DNA of 64,000 nucleotides from Hypanus sabinus (Eukaryota): assembly GCF_030144855.1 (NCBI RefSeq), contig NC_082725.1:39680001-39744000 (forward strand), in the 5' to 3' direction. The notes under the pieces were generated by a model. It was not told the origin of the DNA. It saw only the letters and a program-made list of their open reading frames with translations, and did no database searches. Shown in pieces: positions 13,216 to 25,187 of this stretch (its first letter is position 1; every line of letters begins with the position of its first letter). Both the position numbers and the translations under genes were made by a program.

Positions 13216-14694
13216 AAATGGAGTATTTTAATGAGGAAAAAAATAAACAAAAAAAGTGAGTGGAGAAAAAAAATTCTACTTCCAACCTATCTAATGTTAT
13301 GGAGAAATCGGGTGGTTTCAATTGATCACTTTACTTCTCCATTTATTATTTAGCAGGATATAACAAATTCTTAATGTATCTACTATCATTTCACATTTAA
13401 TTCTAAGCTTCATTGTTTGGTGAACTGAAGCATTTAATATGTTTATGGTACTACACACCAATCTTGTCAGAGCACATAAAATAGCTTCCAAATTTACTAA
13501 CATCTTGTTGGGATACAAGAATCTCTTTTTATTCAAAGGATTCAACTGTTAGAATTTGAAAACAATTGAAGACTGATGCAATGGCGGATTGATTTTATAT
13601 TTGTTTCAAATGGAAATTTTGAAAGATCTTTCACAGTCACTAATCACAGATACTCCGGTCCTGAATTTAAGCTGCAGCAAACAACAGTGAGAAATCTCAC
13701 AAAAGTATATGGAGCATTTAAACTGCAAAATTAATGATGAAGCTCTGGGAGGGGATCCCCAGCCCACTCACTCAAGCCATGATATGCAATTTTTGTGACC
13801 AGAAAAATGAGAGAATAGGATCAGGCTTAAGTAGTAAAGCTTCTTTTTATATTTCATAGATACAAAGTTGAAGGGTATCATGGATTAAATACATATTTAA
13901 AAAAATCATTGTAGCTTGAAACATTTTTCCCAGATTGAATAGGTCAACAAATTACAGTTGTGCATCGAACTGCTAAAACTGCAATATGGGAGATCAGTCA
14001 GAATACCCAGCTTCACACAAATTCTTCCATTAAAGGAACAAGCACATAATTTTTTTATGATACAAAATGTTTTGCTTTTGGAAATTAAAACCTAGTCTAA
14101 CAATTTATTTCACCAGCAAAATTCAAAGATATAGGAAACAATGTTGCTGTTAATTTCTAGAGTTGTCAATGCCCATTCATGGTTCTTAAATTACTATTTT
14201 TAATCCACTAGTGGTTCCCACCATTAAACATCATGAACTTCACATCCATCATGGTACTTGTAGACAGTGACTCTGCCAATGGATTTCTACACTGCGTGAT
14301 ATCTGTTATGATATACTTGTATAAACTTATTGTATAACTAAACATTACATTAGGGTGGACATCACCCTTGTTGCATGATTAAGCATTAAAGTCTATTTCT
14401 GTTTGATAGTTTTGAAAATGCAAGTTTACCATTTAGTTCATTTAAAAGATCAACTTCAGAAAATTAATTAGAATATTTGACAAAATATACAGGTAAAACT
14501 AATGTCTCTCTAACTTAACTTTTAAAAAGCAATTAAATACATTTTTGAAAATATACTGCATTTATCACCCCATATCTGATATTAAAACTGCAGTAAGGAC
14601 ACATAATAAATGTATTACACAAAATCGAATAATGCATTAACACATTTCTCCTGTTCGATCAGTATGGAGGTAGGTGGTCTATTTTCCTTAGTCC

Positions 14695-14741
14695 TTAATC
14701 ATCACTGTCACTCCCAGATTCACTCAATTGTAAGTCATTTC
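14695..14741 (-). CDS. EAF1: EAF1 coding exon 6 (RNDLQLSESGSDSDD*)
   Basis: TTTCAG acceptor; conserved EAF1 C-terminus; TAA at 14697-14695. Confidence 0.95.
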
Positions 14742-15039
14742 CTGAAAATAAAGATTTGTGTTATTAACAAGTGGTTGTCATTTTGCAACTATTAACATCT
14801 ATTTTCACTTTGTAGTTGTTCCTCTTGGGACAATATTAACTTCTGTGTGGACTAAGTGCCCAAGAAGTGAGAGTCCAATTCCACTTGTATAAAAAGACCA
14901 GCCAACTATTTTCAGTTTACTCAATTTTGGTGTACAAAGACCAGACAAGCCCTGAAAACCATTAATAAATTACAAGTAAGAGAAAGTGCTAGGGTCAGGA
15001 AAGAGGAATCTGAGGTGGCAAAAACACTTATTTCCTCTA

Positions 15040-15955
15040 TGAGATTTTTAAAAAATAGGTATTACAAGGAGGAAGAGCTACCCTTGTCAGCTCGTTCCTC
15101 CCCACTGATCTCCCTCCTGGCACTTATCCCTGCAAGTGTGACAAGTGCCACACCTTCCTCTAGATCTGCTTCCTCACCACCACTCAGAGCCCCAAATACT
15201 CCTTAGAGGTGAGGCAAGATTCCAGCTGCAAATCTCTTAGAGCAATATTTTATATCTAGCACTCCCAATGCAGCCTCTTCTACATTAATGAGACCCGACG
15301 TAGATTGGGGATTGTTTTGTCAAGCTCCTTTGCTCTATCTGCTGGATTTTCCAGTGGTTACTTGTTTCAATTAAATTTCTCATTCCCATTCCAACATGTC
15401 AGCCCATGGCCTCCTCTACTGCCAGAATAAGGCCACACTCAGGTTGGAAGAGCAATAATTCATTTCCATCTGGGTAGCCTCCAACCTGATGGCATGAAAG
15501 CTGAGTTCTCTAACATACAGTAACTTCTCTCCCCAAATTTTTTTTTAATTTTAAATTCCCCATTCTGGTTCCCCTCTCACCAATTCTCTTCCCCTCACCT
15601 CCATCTGGTGTCTCTCCTCCCTCCCTTTCTTCCATGGTACTCTATCAGATTCCTACTTCTTCAGCCCTTTACCTCTTCCACAAATCACCTCCGGGCTTTT
15701 TAACTTAATGCCATCTCCCTCACCCATCTTCCACTTCCACCTCACCTGATTTCATCTATCAACTGCTAGCTTGTACTCCTCCCCACCCCAACACTGATAT
15801 TTTGGCTTCTGTCCCCTTCCTCTCCAGTCCCGATCAAGGGTCTCAGCCCAAAACACTGACTATTCTCATCCAGAGATGCTGTCTGACGTTGAGTTCCTCC
15901 AGCATTTTGCGTATGCTGCTCAGAATTTCCAGCTTCTGCAGAATCTCTTCTGTTT
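15040..15955 (+). mobile_element. Penelope-like element remnant (GIY-YIG region and 3' terminal repeat), possibly Neptune-type
   Basis: Decayed PGTYPCK..KCH...SCKS..IFYI..SQCSLFYINETRRRLG; 3' end 15822-15950 matches the mini-element arm and a decayed hammerhead (CCGATCAAGGGTCTCAGCCCAAAAC). Confidence 0.7.
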
Positions 15956-16189
15956 ACCTGTTTTCCTCATTCACTTCATGTAAAAGGTATCAAAAAATTT
16001 GTAACGATAATGGTGATTAAAAAAACTTTTTAAAAAAAATCAAGGTCAGCTGAAGCCCTTGTAGTTTAAATATATTTTGTTAAATCGTACAAGTTGTTCA
16101 TGATGCTGCATCTGGCAATTTAGTCCTTTCATTTAAATAAGGTTATACTATTAATTGAGGCCAATACCTGAGATTACAGGGCTGGCTTT

Positions 16190-16560
16190 TCAAAACATTA
16201 GATCAGTAATTTCTTTTTGGAGTTTAGCATAATGACAGGTGATCTTATCCAAATACAAGCCCCTAAAAGGGCATGACATCTCCAATAGTGGGAGAAGGGA
16301 CAGTTTCAAAAGAGAAGAAACATTTATAACTGAGATGCTTGAGGATTTCTTCTAAAGAATAGTGAATCTCTGAAATTCAATACTAAAGAGTTGTGGAGGC
16401 TATATTATTACAGGTAGCTTAAGGGGTTTTTAAAAAAAAGTGGGGAGATGAAGTCTACATGGGGTCACTACAGGTATGCCCATTAAGACTGAAGATAGAT
16501 CAGGCATGATCATAACAGAATGGCAGAGCAGCCGAGGGACAAAGTGGTTGGACGGTCTTC
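16190..16560 (+). mobile_element. Degenerate CR1 3' fragment
   Basis: Resembles the CR1 3' end seen at 31307-32371. Confidence 0.5.
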
Positions 16561-16689
16561 AAAAACTATGGCTTGGTATTGACTAATTTAGCACTTTGGA
16601 TTTAAAGCAAACATATTAGAAAAGAAAATCATAAAGTAAAACAGGTAGCTGCGATTAATAACAGATGTAGTTGAGTACTGTATACTTAC

Positions 16690-16953
16690 TCAGTGTGGTC
16701 ATAAGCTGATTGCTTCCTGGTCTGCTGGTACCATTTGTAGAAGCAATTCTGTTACTGTAATTCTGTGGCTGCTGTTGCTGATGAGATTGGGAATGGGATT
16801 GTTGATGTGTTTGTAGCTGTGGCAGTGTAGATGGGCGAGCTTCATTTTCCACATCACTACTAGAGCTGTCATCACTGCCAGATGAGCTTCCAGATTCTGA
16901 GGAACTACTGCTGCTACTCATCTGTTCGATTATATCAACTTCAGCTCTCAGTT
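16690..16953 (-). CDS. EAF1: EAF1 coding exon 5 (Ser/acidic-rich region)
   Basis: ELRAEVDIIEQMSSSSSSSESGSSSGSDDSSSSD...NGTSRPGSNQLMTTL; AG/GT boundaries; phase 1-1. Confidence 0.95.
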
Positions 16954-17939
16954 CTGGATGGATTAAAAAAAAACAGGTGCTTTGTTAAGCCACATCAATA
17001 GGAAAAAAAATAAAATTTTTAAAAATCTATGTTGTGAATACAGAATTTGGGATTTTGCAGTGGAAGGCAAGACTGCAAAATCTATGCGCCTTATAACAGA
17101 ACAATTTAGGAAACCTAAAAGTACCAGAACTAAAGAGTTGTAGGGCTCAAGCTATGGGGAAACATTACACTATGGAGGCATTTGAAAGTAAAAATTTTAA
17201 ATTGATGAGTAAGTTAACTTGGGAGTAAGTGTAGTGCATACAGCAAAATAGCATTGATGGAGGAAGAAGTGAGTTAGAACACATAGCTACTGAGATTTGG
17301 ATGGCAAGTTGTAGAGAGTAAAATAAGACTGGATGTCCAACAATGATCAGCACATGATCTGAAGCATAAATACAGCAGTGATCTTAGTGGTGGAACAAAT
17401 ATATATTCCGAAACTTAAAGTTGACTCAAATATAACACCTGAACACCAATTGTCCAGTTCCATCATCAGTCAGCTCCCAAAGAAATGTTTGAGACTTGTG
17501 GCTAGGAATTGCAATTTTTGACAGGGATCAAAGTAAATAGTTTCAGCCTTCCCAGTATTTAGTTAGGGAAATTATCTACTTGTCAAATCCCAGATGCTGG
17601 ATAGAGGTATTAAGAAAAAGTAAGTGCATTCAGAATAATAACATAATGAAGATTATTCAAAAATAACATTGGGCAGCTTTTTATAGGACTGTGGTACTAA
17701 GTAATATGGAACCAACGTGGGTAAATGAGATGCAAAACAATCATGGACTAATTGAATGGTTAGTCAGGTTTCATGAACAGAAAAAAGCTATTCCTTTTCT
17801 TGTGTTAGGAAATTGTGTTATGAGATCATTTGTAAACAGGATTAAAAAGCTAGCTAAAGAACAGAAATACCACTAAATGCTTTATTAATAACAATTTTCT
17901 GTAGTAAATTGCAATAATCTATCACCACAAACAATGAAG

Positions 17940-18940
17940 ACTGTTCACTCACAATCCTCATGCAATCTGCCAGAGGTTGAGCAGTTTTTTTATAAAGAAT
18001 AGGAAAAATAACAGTGTTCAGATACTCCAAGGGTAGTCATAGCTGAAGGGTGGGAGTAGGGACGAGCTCCCACTGCTAAACAAATACTCCTCATGATGTG
18101 CATCTCAAACAGCCTCTGACAACCAAGTCCAACTCCTGGCCTTCATGTGTGGCATAGTTCTTTTGCCCGGCGGAGCGGTTCTCACTGACAGGGGAAGGGG
18201 CAAAGGCGGACCACTGGTGCCTTAAAACCAGTTACTCCGGGCAGATGGGGCTTGTTAACCATGGATGGTAGCTCATCTAGGAGAGGGAAAACTCCGATTT
18301 CAAACCTCCGCTGCCTTATGGCTATACCCGCTCATGGGAAAGGCTTTGGGAGTAAACCCTGAGGAAAAATCCGGAGTCGGAGTCCCAAAGACAGCTGACT
18401 GCTGTACCCAGCATTGGCACGGCAACTCCTGTGATGCTGCTGGCACCAAACCGTATCGACTTCCGTCGTTCCTGTGGACCTGTCATCAGCATGGGGGGGG
18501 GGGGGGGGGGGGTCCCACTGCATGGGCAACAGAAGGTTCTCCATATCAACTCTGCCCTGGCTTGCACCCTGGAAAAGCTACTCCCGGTGACTACCAGAGG
18601 CACAGAACCCATGGCTGACCACGACCGACGGAGGCCACGGAGATGCACAAAGCTGATAGAGACCTATCCACACAGACTCAAGGCTATAATTGCTGCCAAG
18701 GTAAATCTACTACTAAATACTGACTTGAAGAGTGTGAATACTTGTGCAATCAATTATTTTGTGTTTTATATTTGTAATTAAATCACTTTGTAGAGATCTG
18801 TTTTCACTTTGACACAAGCTTGTTTTCTGTTCATCAGTGTCAAAAAAGCCAAATTAAATCCACTCTGATTCAATGTTGTGAACAATAAAACATGAAAAAT
18901 TCTAAAGGGGGTGGGGTTAAATACTTTTTATAGGCAATAT
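17940..18940 (+). mobile_element. Tc1/mariner remnant interrupted by an insertion
   Basis: CTKLIETYPHRLKAIIAAK is a typical Tc1 transposase C-terminus, followed by a TIR-like end TTAAATACTTTTTATAGGCA. Confidence 0.7.
18024..18644 (+). mobile_element. Non-autonomous retroelement (RTE/Vingi-like?) nested in Tc1
   Basis: GC-rich block splits the Tc1 sequence, with AGAT at both junctions; 3' part resembles the SINE tail at 62170-62345. Confidence 0.5.
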
Positions 18941-19011
18941 ATATGTATGTAAAGTGATGAAAGGTGTTTTGCATCAATTGTTCCTTTCCACACAGACATT
19001 TATTTGCTTAC

Positions 19012-19178
19012 CTCTTTTTATGTCATCAAGCTGTGGTTCAGGTGATGGGTTGTCCTTTGAGGGAGATGTTTTTGGTCCAGTACATGGCTTATTTGGTGCT
19101 CTAAACTGCGATGAAGGCTGAGATCTTCTCACTGCCTGTGATTCCAATTGAGCCTGGATTTTACTGCTCCCTTCAGCT
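19012..19178 (-). CDS. EAF1: EAF1 coding exon 4
   Basis: AEGSSKIQAQLESQAVRRSQPSSQFRAPNKPCTGPKTSPSKDNPSPEPQLDDIKR; AG/GT boundaries. Confidence 0.95.
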
Positions 19179-20129
19179 CTGTAAAAAAATAATTAAAAAA
19201 TATCAATCACTTCACAACAGTAAAAAAAAATACCTTTAGAATAAGATCTCAAAAATATTTGAAGACAGGTCAATCAAGTTTTTGTGTAAGATTTTAGTAG
19301 AAATTAGTAGAAGCACCTGTTTATTTTTTTATTCCTTCCAGAACTGAGAGCTTATACACCAGATAAAATTCTCCTACTCTCTACTTACATTTACTCTTTT
19401 TCTTACATCTTGAAGGCATTGACTCTGCTGAAAGACAGAGGGAGGAACAGGAGTCTAAGAATTCCACGGGTGTCACTATTCCCTAACTGCCTTTCATTTT
19501 GTCAAAATTTATGCACCCTGCATCAAAAGCCTACTTAGCCCTGGGGTTGGGGAATGTGGAAATTGAGAGTTATTTATAAATAAGACCGATAATAGCTTCA
19601 GCCAGTGCTCACATATTGCAGAAGTCTTAAGAAATGCATAATCACAATTCAAGTGACCAGTCAGATAATAATAAAAAATACATGAAAAACTTACTGCAAT
19701 GCCAGACCACTGAACCCTGTCTCAAGGGCCGGAGTTAAAATTCAGTTCAACTGTTTTGACTTCAAAAATATCTTAAATGTTACATTAGCAAAAAAACTCA
19801 CAACAATATAGTTTACTAAATTTCCTGAGTTTTCTCACACTAACCTGGCCTTTAAAAAAAAATCAGAATTTTCCTTTTAGTAGGTGAGTGCAGATCGGTT
19901 ATTGAACTGGCTGGTAAATATTAACTGTTTTTCATTATCGTCTGATATCAGGTATGTAATCTGCTAGGTACCCAAAATTTTCTTTATAAATACAGACTTC
20001 AAGAAAACAAGTATTTTAATGAATGATTACAGTTATATTTTAGGACGTAGCCATTCAGTACAGTGTGCTTGCAAGCTTCAAAAATGGAGAGGACAGAAGA
20101 AGAACATAGGAAATAGAAGCTGGATTAGG

Positions 20130-22445
20130 CCATTCAGAATCACAACCAGGTTTAATGTCGTGAAATTTGTTGTTGTGGTGAATTGACTTTATTATTTACA
20201 TCCTTCATATATACATGAAGAGTAAAAATCTTTACGTTATGTCTCCGTATAAATGTGCAATGTGCAATTTATAGAAATTTGTAATAAATAATATGTACAA
20301 CAGGACAGTCAATATAACATAGAAATACAAGTGTTTATCAGCATGAATTAATCAGTCTGATGGCCTGGTGGAAGAAGCTGTCCTGGAGCCTGTTGGTCCT
20401 GGTTTTTATGCTGTGGTACCGTTTCCCGGATGGTAGCAGCTGGAACAGTTTGCGATTAGGGTGACTCGGGTCCCCAATGATCCTTCGGGCCCTTTTTACA
20501 CACCTGTCTTTGCAAATGTCCTGAATAGTGGGAAGTTCACATCTACAGATGTGCTGGGCTGTCCACACCACTCTCTGCAGAGTCCTGTGATTGAGAGAAG
20601 TACAGTTCCCATACCAGGCAGTGATGCAGTATTTTCTTAAGTCAAATAACACAAGAAAAAAAATAGTACTGAGGTACTGTTCATGGGTTCAATGTCCATT
20701 CAGAAATCTGATGGCAGAGGGAAGAAGTTGTTCCTGAATCATTGAGTGTGTGCCTTCAGGTTCCTGCACATCCTTCCTGATGGTAGCATTGAGAAGAGGC
20801 AGTGTCCTGGGTGATGAGGTCCTTAATGATGGATGCCACCTTTTTGAGGCATTGCTCCCTGAGATGCTGGGGAAGCTGGTGTCCATGATGGGGCTGACTG
20901 AGTTTACAACTTTCTGCAGCTTACTTCAATCCTGTGCAGTGCACCCCTCCCCATACCAGACAGTGGTGCAGCCACTTAGAATGCTCTTCACAGAACATAT
21001 GTAGAAATTTCCAAGTGTCTTAGATGACATAGCAAATCCCCTCAAACTCCTAATGAATAGAGCAGCTGTCATGCTATCTTGTAACTGCATCAATATGCTG
21101 GGCCCAAGATAGATCCTTAGAAATGCTGGCACGCAGGATCTTGAAACTGCTCACTCTTTCCACTACTGATCCCTTGAAAAGGACTGGTGTGTGTACCCTC
21201 ATCTTACCCTTTCTGAAGTCCCCAGTCAATTCTTTGGTCTTACTTACATTGAGTGCAAGATTGTTGGTGCAGCACCATTCAACCAGCTGATCTATCTTGC
21301 TCAGTACACCTTCTCACCACCATCTGAAATTTTGCCAATAATAGTTGTGTCATCAACAAATTTATAGATGGCATTTGAGCTGTGGGCATACAGAGTAGAG
21401 CAGTGGGCTAAGCACACATCCATGAGGTGCGAAAGAGTTGATTATCTGGAAAGTGGAGATGTTATTTCTGATCTGCACAGAGTAGTCTTCCAATGAGTTT
21501 GTCGAGGATCCAGTTGGAGAGGGAAGTACAGAGGCACAGGCTTTGGAGCTTTTTAATCAGAACTGTAGGAACAATTGTGTTAAACACTGAGTTGTAGTCA
21601 ATGAATAGCGGCCTGAAGTATTAGTATTATCCAGGTGATCCAAGGTCACGTGAAGAGCCAATGAGATCACATGTGGCATTAGGCAAATTGCAGTGGGTAC
21701 AGGTCACTGCTTATGGAGCAGTTGATTCTAGCTACAAACAACCTCTCAAACCACTTCATCATGGTAGGTGTATGTGGTACTGGATAATAGTCATTAAACC
21801 AACTCACCCTGCTCATCTTGGGTTCAGGTATGATTGTTGTTCTTTTGAAGCAGATGAGAACTTCTGACTATAACAGAGATTGAAAATGCTTTTGAATACA
21901 CCTGCCAGTTGGTTGGCACAGATTTTCAGAGCCCTATCAGGTACACCATTAGCATTAGGGCCTGCCAACTTGTAAAAGTTCACTCTCTTGAAAGACATTT
22001 TGACGTCAACCTCCAAGACAGAGATCAAAGGGTCACTGGATGTTGCAGGGATCTTCATACACAGAGTTTTATTCTCCCTTTCAAAGTGGGCATGAAAGGC
22101 ATCTGGAAGTGAAGCATCACTGTCATGCATGAAGTTAAGTTTTGCTTTGTAGGAAGTAATGGCCCGCAAACCCTGCCAGAGTTGATGCACATCCAATTCC
22201 ACCTCTAATCTCAATCAGAATTATTCTTTGGCTTTTGAGGTAGCTCTCCATAACCTGTACCTGGCCTTCTTGTATAGTCCTGAATCACCAGATCTAAATG
22301 CCACAGATCTAGCCCTCAGCAGACTGTGAATCCCCTGGTTCATGCATGGCTTTTCGTTCGGGTATGTACGGTATGTTCTTGTAGGCACATGCTCATCCAC
22401 ACAGGTCTTAATGAAGTCAGTGACAACTGTGGCATATTCAGCTAC
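20130..22445 (-). mobile_element. Rex1/Babar-like LINE fragments (at least two, nested or adjacent)
   Basis: ORFs with CITAWYGNC...LQRVV...HPNRKLFQLLPSGKR and LWQGLRAITSYK...[10 protein letters not shown]; AAACCTG(A/G)TT(C/G)TGATTCTGA tail. Confidence 0.8.
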
Positions 22446-22768
22446 TCATGGATCCACCATTCAATATGATTTCAGATTTTTACTCCAGCACATACACATT
22501 TCTGTACTAATCCAATGTCCTTGAACTCCTGGGTATCCAAATAAACATATTTATAATTTATTTATATATATATTTCATGATTTCAAAACAACACATTCCA
22601 CAATTTCACAAGTCAGTGATAAATAAATCTAATTCTGAATGTAAATCCAAAAGGTACAGAATAACCAACACTATCCATAACTGTAGAGAAGCTGTGCAAC
22701 AATTAATCACACACAAAACTGAGTGTATAGTGACAGATTCAACTGAAGAAATAGCTTTGTGTTCTTAC

Positions 22769-22905
22769 CTAGTTTTCTTCACCTGGATACTGCTACTGAG
22801 CTTTTCAAGCACAAACTCTCCAGTGTCATGGTTAATGATAAGTACACAATCCTTCTGATACGGCCTTTTGTTACCTTTGAACACAGTCATTGGTGGAGTA
22901 GAGCC
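22769..22905 (-). CDS. EAF1: EAF1 coding exon 3
   Basis: [46 protein letters not shown]; 137 nt; AG/GT boundaries. Confidence 0.96.
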
Positions 22906-25187
22906 CTGGTGACCAAAAAGTATATTACTGCAAATGTTAGAAAGAATTCATTCATTAATTAATCAATACTGATAGTAACTCTAAACATTTTATGTGACTG
23001 CAACAAAGTCCATGAAACATCTCCATTACACAAGTGTGTTACATGAAAAAAGGCACATTCAAGTACAAACTTTGTATGATAAAAGTTGACGAGCACAAGT
23101 ACTTACTATTGAAGCTACTTTTATGAATGAGTTACGTACTCATATGCTAAATCAACCAGTTCCCATTAAAAAGCCAAGAAATATAATTTATAAAATCAAG
23201 TTATAACCATTTCAAAAGTAGACTACATTGATGCATATTTTGCATATTTTTCAGACACAGTATTATAATTAAATATTACATGAGATTGTGCATTAATGAC
23301 TGTAAGAAATCTTTCAGTCATTAATGTAAAGTGGCAGTGCAGGTATGCAATTTCAAAAGCAAAACACATTACAATTATCTGAAATAGTAGTTAATACCAT
23401 AATATTGGGTTACTAAACAATGAAAATTCCAACCTTCTACCTCATTTCCTTCAGTTGTTAACCCCTTCCACTGTTCTCTTCTATCAACATTAAATTCCAT
23501 TCATCTCCTATGTATAACACTATCAAAAATATTTTAATTCACTCATCTTTACCAGTCTCTCCATATTGATAGACATTACCTTTTGCTTCCTTCATATCTT
23601 CCCCCTTTAATCTGTGCCCTTAAAGATAGTTTTATTTCTAATTTTGCATTTCTAATGAAATGCCTTAAATCTACATGTTAACACTCTCTCTGCAGATGCT
23701 GTCTAGCCTGCTAAGTTACTTCCACCAATTTTGTTTTTTATACAAAAAAATTATAAGTAGCCAGATTGAAATAAACAGAACTGGCAAACATGATCAAAAA
23801 TTCCTAAAGCAGTGATACATAAATATTCCTTTTCTCCCAATTCTGTCTATTATTTTCTCATGCTGGTGATAGCCTGCATGAGGTGTTGAGGCTCAAGAGA
23901 CACTTCCACTGTTTTTTCATTGTGCTGTACTAAGCAAAAGTTAAACAACTTTCTCTGTTCCTACAAAAAAAACATCTCTTCAGCCAGCAGATTAGATGCT
24001 TTCAATATTAAGTAACTGCTTCGGTAGTTTTCAAATAAAACTTCCCCTGTAGACCCCTTAACTTGGTCTATAGTACTATGAGAATCAAGAAATTATACTG
24101 TATATACGATAATCTTGTTCTGTTTTGATTGTAAGAATTATACTGAATTTAATTTCTTATGATATTCCCATAACATATTGAAATTAATGCAAATCTACCA
24201 TTACTAATGAGGCAAGGCTGTTTATGAAGATTCTGATGTTTGAATCCAAGGTTCGTTCAAAAATTAGGAAAGAGGCACAAAACTTGTTGATTTGCAATCA
24301 AGAGTTAATAGAATAGAGGAAAGCCGAACAGGTAGTAATATGGGACTACTAAGCAAAGAGAGTCAAAGGAACAAAGATGGCACCTAGCACAGAACAGCTA
24401 TTTTTATACCACAGAGATTAAAAAAAATCCATTCAAATTTATAGATAAGAGACAACTAATTAGAAAATACTTATTTGAATACTGCAATACCAAGTTAATC
24501 AATGAGAAAGAACTTATTAATTTAATGCAGAACAAAGACACTTCCGGAGCTTTCCAGAAGTGTACTTTGTATAGCCACTAGAGGCATATTAAACTTGCAT
24601 ATACATACAAGAAATACTTAAAATACAAACAGATAATTAATTGTTAAACTGCAAGGAAAATAACATTAAACACATGTAATCTAAGGATTCAACAGTCAGA
24701 TCCAATTCTAGCTGGAAGAACAGCATGGCCCAAACCCATTCCACTCACTTTATCTATTACCTATTGCAACATAAAAAAGTACATTGGTTGGGGCATGCAA
24801 TCTAAGCCAAATTGTAATGCAGGACATTTAGGATACATCTTTTGAATGAGGCATTTACCCTTATAGATGATATGTCCAAACAGCAGTGAAGTTCTCCCAA
24901 GTGGCCTAGCCAATGTAAATTCCTCAATGCAGCTAAAAACAAATTACCTAGCCTTTTATTTTTTTTTGTGTAGAACAGTGTTGTATATGCAATCTGAACA
25001 ATTCTTAACTGTAATAACAACACTTCAGAAAATATTTAATTGGCTTCAAAATGCTCTACCATGTCTCCAGACTCAAGAAAAACACCACATTAATGATAAA
25101 TGCTATTTTCCTTTCCACAACCACTTTTAGAGCTCATTTTCATCGGAAAAACTACCTAGTTCTTTCCCTGCATAAATGAGCAACATG

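Noticed and set aside
12714-13353. 150-180 aa ORFs on both strands
   Set aside because: They lie in a repeat and resemble no protein I recognise
18493-18512. Long G/C homopolymers (also ~30503, ~35612, ~45366)
   Set aside because: Simple slippage tracts, some inside TEs; length unreliable and no evidence of function
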